Assembly: GCF_001194135.2 (NCBI RefSeq)
Contig: NC_069001.1
Location: 9,644,618-9,679,661 of the forward strand
Reading direction: 5' to 3'
From: Octopus bimaculoides
Lineage: Eukaryota
DNA: 35,044 bases
The position numbers were made by a program, and so were the translations under genes. Below the pieces are notes generated by a model. The model ran no database searches, was not told the DNA's origin, and worked only from the letters and a program-made list of their open reading frames with translations. Shown one piece after another: positions 14,773 through 24,080 of the stretch; the first letter of the stretch is position 1, and every line of letters begins with the position of its first letter.

Positions 14773-16666
14773 ACGTACGGACGTATGTAGATGCTTTCGT
14801 TCGTTTATTTGTACGTCCGTACGTACGTATATACATTCGTTCGTTCGTTCGTACGTACGTGGTTTTGTCCGTTCTTTCATTCGTTTCTTCGTTCTTTCAT
14901 TCGTACCTACTTACATACTTGCGTTCGTTCGTTCGTTCGTTCGTTCTTTTGTTTGTTCAATCGTTCGTTCATTGGTTCGTTCGTTCGTACGTACGTACGT
15001 ACTAACGAACATTCGTTCGTTCTTACGTTCGTTCGTTCTTACGTACGTTCGTTTGTTCGCCCTTTCGTACGTACGTTCTTCCGAACGTACATCCGTACGT
15101 ACGTTTACTCGCTCGTTCTTTCGTGCCTACGTACGTACTTTCGTTCGTTCGTTGATTCGTACGTACGTATGTACGTTTGTTTGATCATTCGTACGTACGT
15201 ACTTAGGTACTATTTACGTACGACATGCGTTCGTTCGATCGTTCGTTCGTTCGCCCGTCCGTCTGGTCGGTTGTTCGTACGTACGTTGTTTCGTTCGTAC
15301 GAAAGTACGTTCGTTCGGTCGTTCGTACGAAAGTACGTTCGTTCGGTCGTTCGTACTTACGTATGAACGTACGTGCCTTATTTTGTTCGTTCATTCGTAC
15401 CTACATACGTACGTACGTACATACGTACGTACGTACGTATATACTTTTGTTCGTTTGTACGTACATACTTACGTACATGCGTACGTACGTATGTTCTTTT
15501 TGTGGAACGTTGGATTGTTCTTTCGTGCATCCGTACGTACGTACGTTCGTTCGTACGTACTTACGTTCCTACGTTCGTTCGTTCGATCGTGCGTTCGTTC
15601 GTGTGTACGTACTTATGTACGTACATACGTACGTACGTACGTACGTTCGTTCGTTCGTTCTTTCTTTCTTGCGTTCGTACATACCTACGTATGTACTACG
15701 TTCGTTCGTTAGTTAGTTCGTAAGTACGTACGAACGAACGTACGTTTGTTCTTTCGTTCGTTCGTTCTTTCATTCGTACGTGGGTTCTTTCATTCGTACG
15801 TACGTACGTTCGTTCTTCTGTTCGTACGTACGTATTTACGTTCGTTCGTTCGTTATTTCGTTCGATCGTACATACATAATAACGTAGGTACGTTCCTTTG
15901 TTCGTTCATACGTTCGTACGTACGTTTGTTCATTCGTTAGTTCGTTCGTTCGTTTGTACGTAAGTACTATCGCTCTTTCGCACATACGCAGGTACGTTCA
16001 TTCGCTCGTTCGTTTGCTCGTTCGTACGTACGGACCTATGTAGGTGCTTTCGTTCGTTCGTACGTACGTGCGTGCGTACTTTTGTACGTTCGTTCGTTCG
16101 TTCTTTCATTCGTTCCTTCGTTCTTTTTTTGTTTGTTCGATCGTTCGTTCATCGGTTCGTTCGTACGTACGTACGTACGTACGTACGAACATTTGTTCGT
16201 TAGTCGTTCATACGTACTTTCATTCGCCCTTTCTTACGTACGTACTTCCGAACGTACATTCGTACGTACGTTTGCTCGCTCGTTCTTTCGTGCCTATGTA
16301 CGTATGTTCGTTCGTTCGTACGTATGTACGTTCGTTTGATCATTCGTACGTACGTACTTAAGTACGTATTTACGTACGTACGTACATGCGTTCGTTCGAT
16401 CGTTCGTTCGTGCGTCCTTTCGAGCTCACGTACGTAGGTTCGATCTTTCGTTCGCACATACGTTCGTCCGTCCGTCTTTTCGGTGGTTCGTACGTACGTA
16501 TGTACTTACATTCGTTCGTTATTTCATTCGTACGAACTTACGTTAGTACGGTCATCCTTGCGTTCGTTCGTTCGATCGTAAATACGTACGATATTTCGTT
16601 CGTTCGTACGTACATACGTACGTACGTAAGTTCGTTCGTTCATACGAATCTTCGTACGTACGAAGA
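7994..16666 (-). repeat. Same satellite in inverted orientation, right arm (T-rich on +)
   Basis: (GTTC)n/(GTAC)n words carry reverse-complemented left-arm modules. Example: AGATG(C/T/A)TTT at ~8302, 8591, 9159, 9720, 10703, 11263, 14162 and 14789. Segment 8087-8185 matches the reverse complement of ~696-790. Confidence 0.95.
13375..13513 (+). repeat. 44-bp unit x3, tandem inside the satellite
   Basis: ATACGTAGTTACGTACGT(A/T)CGATATTTCGTTCGTTCGTACGTAC starts at 13375, 13419 and 13463. Confidence 0.85.
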
Positions 16667-17056
16667 AAACACGTGATTTATGACGTGTACATCCAAGGAT
16701 CAAATTTCAAATATTGGCCAAAGCAACAAAACGTTAAATTAATTGTTTAACATGGCAAAAAGGAAGTTATATAATTTACATCCTAATATTGTGAAAGCCT
16801 AGAAACATGGATAACTGACGGGTTCAGGGATTTTATCCCTGCAAACAGAAAAAAAACAAAGCTTGATAGAAAATCGCGCACACGCACACATACAACGCTA
16901 TTCCTCATACATGAAGCTTTCCAAGCAATATGAGGAAATTATGATGGTGTGCAATAATTTATTATGTGCTGTGAAATGAAATAGAGATTTTGAGCCGAAT
17001 CGAACGATGCATATAGACGTAAGGCGAAAACAGGAGCATACAGGGAATAGTCGTAT

Positions 17057-17059
<3 letters not shown>

Positions 17060-17102
<43 letters not shown>
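17060..17102. repeat. (TA)n microsatellite
   Basis: Perfect dinucleotide run. Confidence 0.95.
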
Positions 17103-17105
<3 letters not shown>

Positions 17106-17208
17106 CTTTGTGTGTCTGAATTCCAAGCATGAAAAATTAAGTTGTTAGTGGTGTAAGAAAGCGAGAAGGAATGACAGACAGAAAGCTAAACATAGACAGA
17201 CAGATAGA

Positions 17209-17367
17209 TAGATAGATATACAAAAGAAGTTATAAGATGTAATCTCTGCCCAGATGATGAATTGCCTAACATCTACCTCTTCCTATTAACATGAAATACT
17301 TTTAACCAAAGATTGGAAAAATAAGTAAATAAATAAAACTTTGTAATTGAAGAAGCCATACAGATTT
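17209..17367 (+). repeat. 159-bp direct repeat, copy 1 (putative template)
   Basis: Identical by eye to 18144-18302 (TAGATAGATATACAAAAG...GCCATACAGATTT). Confidence 0.9.
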
Positions 17368-17802
17368 CTTTGAAGAACTGTTTGAAATAATCTCTGAGTG
17401 ACGATAAATTCTAGGCTAACACTATGGCTTCTTTCCTTCTCTATAATCCTCTCTATATCATCTTGAGGCCCTTAAATCTTTTATGACCTTGGGGGCAACA
17501 CAATTACCGCTATTTTTTTTTTCATTCAGATTTAATTCCATAATTTATACGTCTTTGCTATTTTTTCCCCCTGGTATTGCGGGTGCTGTTGCTGTTGTAG
17601 TTATGGCTGTTGTTTAATCAGAGCAGGTTTCTTTTATTTTATTATACATATTTTTTTAATACGTATAAAAGTATACATACATTAGCGCACGCGTATTTTT
17701 TTATTTTTTTTAGAATATACCTCTTTTGTGTATATAAGGTTGTTTCCCATAAACGAGTACATGTGTGTGCATGAATGTGTGTGTGTGTAATATATATGTA
17801 TA

Positions 17803-18346
17803 GGCACAGGAGTGACTGTGTGGTAAATAGCTTGCTTACCAACCACATGTTTCCGGGTTCCGTCCCCCTGCGTAGCATCTTGGTTGATTTCTACTATAGT
17901 CTCGATCCGACCAAAGCCTTGTGAGCGAATTTGGTAGACGGAAACTGCAAGAAGCCGTCGTATATATATACATACATAGGTGTGTGTCTTTGTCTCCCCA
18001 GCAACCCACTCACCATCGCTTGACAACCAGTAGTGGTATGTTTATGTTCTCGTACCTTAGTGGTTCGGTAAAGGTCACCGATAGAATAAGTACTAGGTTT
18101 ACAAAAAATAAGTCGTGGGGCCGATTTGTTGGACTAAAGGCGGTAGATAGATATACAAAAGAAGTTATAAGATGTAATCTCTGCCCAGATGATGAATTGC
18201 CTAACATCTACCTCTTCCTATTAACATGAAATACTTTTAACCAAAGATTGGAAAAATAAGTAAATAAATAAAACTTTGTAATTGAAGAAGCCATACAGAT
18301 TTAATCTCTGCCCGCAGTCAAAATAACTGAAATAAGCAGAATAAAA

Positions 18347-18350
<4 letters not shown>
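17803..18350 (+). mobile_element. tRNA-derived SINE, family A (interrupted near its 3' end)
   Basis: 5' GGCACAGGAGTGACTGTGTGGT (A-box-like) and GGGTTCCGTCCC (B-box-like). The body is homologous to 33240-33533, 26135-26255 and 28673-28823. It ends in AATAAAAGAA followed by (TA)n. Confidence 0.8.
18144..18302 (+). repeat. 159-bp direct repeat, copy 2, inserted in the SINE
   Basis: Identical to 17209-17367; SINE sequence flanks it on both sides. Confidence 0.9.
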
Positions 18351-18381
<31 letters not shown>

Positions 18382-18394
18382 GATCATCTCGGTG

Positions 18395-18510
18395 CTTGCG
18401 CGAGGATATAAACGGTGTTAGTGCCACAAAAAATGCACCCAGTTCACGCTAGAATGTGTTTAGCGTAAGGAAGCGCATAGAGCCGTGGAAACGAGATCAA
18501 AGCAGACTCG
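18395..18510 (+). mobile_element. Possible degenerate SINE body fragment
   Basis: GCGTAAGGAAGCGCATAGAGCCGTGGAAAC resembles the recalled SINE central motif GCGTTAGGAAGGGCATCCAGCCGTAGAAAC. There is no second copy in the window to confirm it. Confidence 0.3.
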
Positions 18511-19180
18511 TACCAACATGGAATTTGGACTTCAAACTTATAATGATGATGATGAACCCCATCAACATAATATTCATGATGCATGTATATTTAATTATAG
18601 GAGAAAAGATTTGGGAAAAACAGACATCATAACAAAGGTATCTGACAGAAATATTTTAGAATGTCATTATTATTGCCGTGAAGTGGGTCTGGATCCGTAA
18701 CGACGAAGATCCAGAGTGATCTTCTTAAGCGCTTAGCTTAGAACAGGCGCAGTCATTGCCATGTCAAAAAATGGTAAGAGCACTTGTCTAACCTAGTTGG
18801 ACAGCCACCAAATATCACAGACCAAACCTTTCAATAATATTGTAAATGAAACCTTGACAACACACACAACCGGCTTTCACCAAAAGAACACAAATTTTTA
18901 ACAAGTCCTTTTGAAATGGCAAGGAGATAATAAAACCAGTGGAAGTATTGAAAAATATAATGGATGCAAGAATACTATTGTATCTCTTTATGTAAAGAAT
19001 CCTCTTGGAACCATTATATGAAGAGCGTAATAAAACCATACACCATGACAAAGCTGATATTTGAGTGAAGAATGGACAAATACCAATCCATAAAGAGAGG
19101 ATCTCATAGATTTGCTAAACGATACAGACTCATAAATTTATCAGTTATTACAGTTAAAGGAATTTTAAGAATACAAACAT

Positions 19181-19272
19181 TATATATATATATATATATA
19201 AACGCATCGTATATGCATTTATATATATATATATATATAAACGCATCGTATATGCATTTATATATATATATA
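19181..19272. repeat. 39-bp minisatellite, (TA)n-AACGCATCGTATATGCATT x2, running into a gap
   Basis: AACGCATC at 19201 and 19240. Confidence 0.8.
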
Positions 19273-19711
19273 NNNNNNNNNNNNNNNNNNNNNNNNNNNN
19301 NNNNNNNNNNNNNNNNNNNNNNNNNNNNNNNNNNNNNNNNNNNNNNNNNNNNNNNNNNNNNNNNNNNNNNNNNNNNNNNNNNNNNNNNNNNNNNNNNNNN
19401 NNNNNNNNNNNNNNNNNNNNNNNNNNNNNNNNNNNNNNNNNNNNNNNNNNNNNNNNNNNNNNNNNNNNNNNNNNNNNNNNNNNNNNNNNNNNNNNNNNNN
19501 NNNNNNNNNNNNNNNNNNNNNNNNNNNNNNNNNNNNNNNNNNNNNNNNNNNNNNNNNNNNNNNNNNNNNNNNNNNNNNNNNNNNNNNNNNNNNNNNNNNN
19601 NNNNNNNNNNNNNNNNNNNNNNNNNNNNNNNNNNNNNNNNNNNNNNNNNNNNNNNNNNNNNNNNNNNNNNNNNNNNNNNNNNNNNNNNNNNNNNNNNNNN
19701 NNNNNNNNNNN
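19273..19711. other. Assembly gap
   Basis: N run flanked by (TA)n. Confidence 0.99.
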
Positions 19712-19747
<36 letters not shown>

Positions 19748-21313
19748 GTGTGTGTGTGTGTACTGATGTTAATGATCCTAAACCCCACCGAGACTGTAGA
19801 AACCTCAATTGTTATGTACCCCAGAGTATCAGCGAGAGGTATAATGCAACTAAAAGAAGAAACCGTATATAGATACATATACATAGAGACACGTAGATGT
19901 ATGAGCATATAAGCGTGGGCCTTGAATATAGAATCGATGCTTCATATTCAGCAGATGTTGGAATTTGACACACCCCGGCCACGTTGTTTACAAGTATTCA
20001 ATGTTATCTCCTTCCTTTTTTTCTATGGTCGACAAAGTATTTACGAAAATGAACATGTATGTCCAAAGAACCTTTTCAAGCTTTACGTCAACAAATCTTA
20101 ACCCAGAGATGAAGTTTACACAGATTCGATCCTTTCGCTACACGCATTAGTATATATGCTGATATGCAGGTTCGAACATTCAACGACATAGTTTGCATCG
20201 CTAACTTGTAACCACACAACTATCAAGCAACTAAAATCAAATGTCATCTGTTTAAAAATATCTTTAGAAGATTAACTCGGTAATATAATTCCGGTAAATT
20301 TGATTCTTTCGAAAAATGATCTTGAATTACGTGCCATGCAGGTTCGAACTCCAAAACGACATAGATAGCACAGGGAATTTCTCATCCAGGTAGTCTTAAG
20401 CAACTAAATGTTCCCTCTATATACATATATACAGCTTTATGTACACACACATACATACTCGCACGCACGCTCAGAGACTCAGGTTTAAAATATTGAAAGC
20501 AAATATGATAACGTAGCAAAAAGCAATAAATGAAATGATAAACTCCATTATTTACAAACTATGTTTGTATTTTAAATAAAACTATATTCTTTTCGATTGC
20601 GCTTATTTGTTTCACTCAATGCCTATTGGTCATTTAGAAGCCGTCAATTAAATATTTCAGACTTATTAATGAGTCATAATATATATCGCCCATCGTCACG
20701 CACAAATTCATACTATTTGTAGTTTAAAACAAATTCAACAATGAAATCTCATTAGACATATGTACAAAATTTATTTTACTCAATTAATATTTTCTTTCTT
20801 CGTATTATCACATGTTTTCTTTGTTTTCCCCTGCTATATTAAGCCTTCCCGCTAGCTATTTTCCTTAATAATATCTCTATTCTGTAGTTCTTATATGCAT
20901 TGTTCACCCTCTCTCTTCCTTTCTTTCTTTACTTTTCACTCCATTACAAATGTTGAAAATTCTATTATGTTCTTTATAGGAATACAAAGGATGCATTATA
21001 AATTATATATATATATCTATATATATATATGTACGACACGCATACACACATATATAAATACACACTCTACCACACATAAACCCGCACACACCATAATGTG
21101 TTTGTGCGCGTGTGTAAGTGTGTTGCTCATGTTATAGATGCGTGTGTATTTCTATATAGTTGTTTCGTAATACACAACTCTATTCAACTAATTTTGAGAA
21201 ATTTTGCACTAAAAGTGCTAAAAATTAACTCAAAATAAGCAGAGGATTGAAAGCAATATTGATGTGTGTGTATATATATATATGAGTGTATGCGATTATA
21301 TTTATTGGATAAC

Positions 21314-21328
<15 letters not shown>

Positions 21329-21367
<39 letters not shown>
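21329..21367. repeat. (TG)n microsatellite
   Basis: Perfect run preceded by (TA)n. Confidence 0.95.
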
Positions 21368-21369
<2 letters not shown>

Positions 21370-21454
21370 GCACATGTATAAATGTATAAAAAAAAATTTC
21401 GGAATGAGATAAAAAAAACTAAGTCTGTAAGGATTTTAGAACATTTATAAATAG

Positions 21455-21502
21455 GTCTTACAGCTGTTTCCAGGATATTTATTATATCCCTTCATCGGAG
21501 AC
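21455..21502 (-). ncRNA. Minimal type I hammerhead ribozyme motif (Penelope-like/retrozyme type), core variant CCGAUGA
   Basis: Minus strand reads GTCT-CCGATGA-A-GGGATAT-AATAA-ATATCCT-G-GAAAC-AGCT-GTA-AGAC. Stem I is GTCT/AGAC. Stem II is 6 WC pairs plus 1 GU. The GAAA core is intact. Stem III is AC/GT with a palindromic AGCT loop, and the cleavage triplet is GUA. Confidence 0.75.
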
Positions 21503-21766
21503 GCTGTGAGAAAATGATTAAGCAATAGTTAGTTTAGATAAGACACGAAATAGAGAGTGATGTGGAAGAATGAAAATAGATGTGAGATATGGAGGGACAT
21601 TGCATTTGTACATCCATTATTTAGGCAGAATGGTGTACATATAAGATTCCAATACCTTGCTCGCATAATCACCGAACCTGGAGCTTAACTATGGTTTATA
21701 CATAACACCAAGCATTACCTGACAACTTTGGGTCTTATTGACACTATTACATCTCATAACCTCCAA

Positions 21767-21808
<42 letters not shown>

Positions 21809-22464
21809 NNNNNNNNNNNNNNNNNNNNNNNNNNNNNNNNNNNNNNNNNNNNNNNNNNNNNNNNNNNNNNNNNNNNNNNNNNNNNNNNNNNNNNNNNNNN
21901 NNNNNNNNNNNNNNNNNNNNNNNNNNNNNNNNNNNNNNNNNNNNNNNNNNNNNNNNNNNNNNNNNNNNNNNNNNNNNNNNNNNNNNNNNNNNNNNNNNNN
22001 NNNNNNNNNNNNNNNNNNNNNNNNNNNNNNNNNNNNNNNNNNNNNNNNNNNNNNNNNNNNNNNNNNNNNNNNNNNNNNNNNNNNNNNNNNNNNNNNNNNN
22101 NNNNNNNNNNNNNNNNNNNNNNNNNNNNNNNNNNNNNNNNNNNNNNNNNNNNNNNNNNNNNNNNNNNNNNNNNNNNNNNNNNNNNNNNNNNNNNNNNNNN
22201 NNNNNNNNNNNNNNNNNNNNNNNNNNNNNNNNNNNNNNNNNNNNNNNNNNNNNNNNNNNNNNNNNNNNNNNNNNNNNNNNNNNNNNNNNNNNNNNNNNNN
22301 NNNNNNNNNNNNNNNNNNNNNNNNNNNNNNNNNNNNNNNNNNNNNNNNNNNNNNNNNNNNNNNNNNNNNNNNNNNNNNNNNNNNNNNNNNNNNNNNNNNN
22401 NNNNNNNNNNNNNNNNNNNNNNNNNNNNNNNNNNNNNNNNNNNNNNNNNNNNNNNNNNNNNNNN
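21809..22464. other. Assembly gap
   Basis: N run preceded by (TA)n at 21768-21808. Confidence 0.99.
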
Positions 22465-22587
22465 AGAATATGTATGCATGTATACCCACATATATGTACA
22501 TACTTACATCTACATGTGTATATAGACGCATATCAGGATACAGGACGTTGGAAAAATGAACTACAGACAACGGAACGAACACATAGG

Positions 22588-22634
22588 AAAACAGATAGTC
22601 ACTTGGAATTAATCCTTCGTCAGCTGCCTCTATT
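22588..22634 (-). other. Decayed hammerhead-like motif
   Basis: Minus strand reads GCAG-CTGACGA-A-GGA-TTAAT-TCC-AAG-TGA-CTA-TCTG. The CUGANGA box is perfect and stem II is present, but GA of the GAAA core is missing. Confidence 0.35.
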
Positions 22635-23456
22635 CTAATATATATATATCATACACACATACAAACGGCTTGTCTCTACAACTCTATCTCTTGCTTGCTT
22701 GGATGCTTGCTCTCTCTCTCTCTCTTTCACACACACACACACACAATTTCCATCCCTAGAATATTTATTACATGTCACTCTGTTTATTTTTCTGCTTCTC
22801 CCCGTCTTTATCGCGCTCATTGCCTACTCTTTCTCCTTGAAACAAAATACATAGATTTAAGAAAATATTTCCAAGACCTGCTAAATTTTGTGGAATTACG
22901 AAATGAAGCCGAAGCAGAAATTCTTCAGAAAACATTCTATGTGCCTCTAAATTGTATAGAAATAAATATAAACGTATTTAAGTAAATTAATTTCTCCTCT
23001 AAAACAGCAAATATTTTGAAATGTTCTTTTATGATACTCTCTGAGGAACTGCTAGCACAGCAAGGATTACTAGCAAATTAATTAAAGCTAATTTTATTAG
23101 ATAAAACAATAAATAAATACAACATAATACGTTCTATTTAAAACTGAAGGAAATAAATACGTGTTATCCAATTTTATAAATCTAATTTTACTCAAGGAAG
23201 TTACTTCAAGCTTAATAATAATAACTGAATGAGTATTGTAAATTATGGTACAGTAAATTTAGTATTATTGCTAACGGCACACACACACACACACACACAC
23301 GCTAAAACTAGGAGTCAAAACAAATCACGCACTAATGCATTTTATGTGTGTGTGTGTGTGTATGTGTGTGTATGTATGTGCTTGCTTGTTTGTGTGTGGG
23401 GGCAAAAATAGTCTAACACTAGAGCATATAAAATCTGTAACGGAACATGGTGCCAA

Positions 23457-23529
23457 TAGCACACTCAGGAATCGAACCCACACCTCTTATTTTCGCGATA
23501 AGTGTGTTGACCGATTACACCAACGTCCA
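23457..23529 (-). pseudogene. 73-nt tRNA-like cloverleaf (tRNA pseudogene or tRNA-derived repeat head)
   Basis: D stem GTGT/ACAC (4/4), anticodon stem CTTAT/ATAAG (5/5) with loop CGCGAAA, and T loop TTCGATT (B box GGTTCGATTCC). The acceptor and T stems are weak, position 33 is G, and there is no long variable arm. Confidence 0.65.
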
Positions 23530-23656
23530 CCCACTTTACCATTAAATTTGGAAACCATGATTTTATAGTAGTAAATATGTAAACATGTTCGAATCCTACG
23601 TGAATTAGCGAAATGACGATTTACAAAGCCTTCACAGTAATATTGACAAGAGAAAA

Positions 23657-23850
23657 AAGGCGGCGAGCTGATAGAAACGTTAGCGCCCCGGGCGAAATGC
23701 TTAGAGGCATTTCATCTATCTTTACGTTCTGAGTTCAAATTCTGCCGAGTTTGACTTTGCCTTTTATCCTTTCGGTGTCGATAAATTAAGTACCAGAATC
23801 GACTGGTCCCCTCCCCAAAAGTTTCGGGCCTTGTGCCAAAAGTAGAAAAG
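23657..23850 (+). mobile_element. tRNA-derived SINE, family B, with 18-bp target-site duplication
   Basis: GGCGGCGAGCTGATAGAAACGTTAG head and B box GAGTTCAAATTC; homologous to 29664-29883. TSD is AATATTGACAAGAGAAAA (23639-23656) versus AATACTGACTAGAGAAAA (23851-23868), 2 mismatches. Confidence 0.88.
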
Positions 23851-23912
23851 AATACTGACTAGAGAAAATAGTTTAATATTAGGGCACACATACCTCGCTA
23901 CAAAAAACAAAG

Positions 23913-23979
23913 ATGGGCATTATTTCGCGTGGGAAGCGAAAGATATGTGGGTTTGATCCCCAGGCGTACTAATGCCCAT
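23913..23979 (+). other. tRNA 3'-half-like fragment bracketed by 10-bp inverted repeats
   Basis: ATGGGCATTA...TAATGCCCAT flanks a TTTCGC-GTGGGAA-GCGAAA hairpin and a B-box-like GGGTTTGATCCC. Confidence 0.45.
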
Positions 23980-24033
23980 ATTTTTTTTTCCATCACGCGG
24001 GTTTATATTATCATGATATTAGTATTCTACAAC

Positions 24034-24079
<46 letters not shown>
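24034..24079. repeat. (TAT)n microsatellite
   Basis: Perfect trinucleotide run. Confidence 0.95.

Positions 24080-24080
<1 letters not shown>

Noticed and set aside
1-16666. CRISPR-like array
   Set aside because: There is no fixed-length repeat with unique spacers, the intervening sequence is the same simple repeat, the context is eukaryotic, and no cas genes are present.
449-16676. About 150 overlapping ORFs with RSFV/RTYV/NERT repeats, including a 481-aa ORF at 9034-10479
   Set aside because: (GAAC)n, (GTTC)n and (GTAC)n contain no stop codon and give the same tetrapeptide in all three frames. Overlapping ORFs on both strands are therefore expected without coding function.
18485-19070. 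Short ORFs (METRSKQ..., KWQGDNKTSG...) as a possible decayed transposon or exon
   Set aside because: No recognisable domain, frequent stops, and no convincing splice sites.
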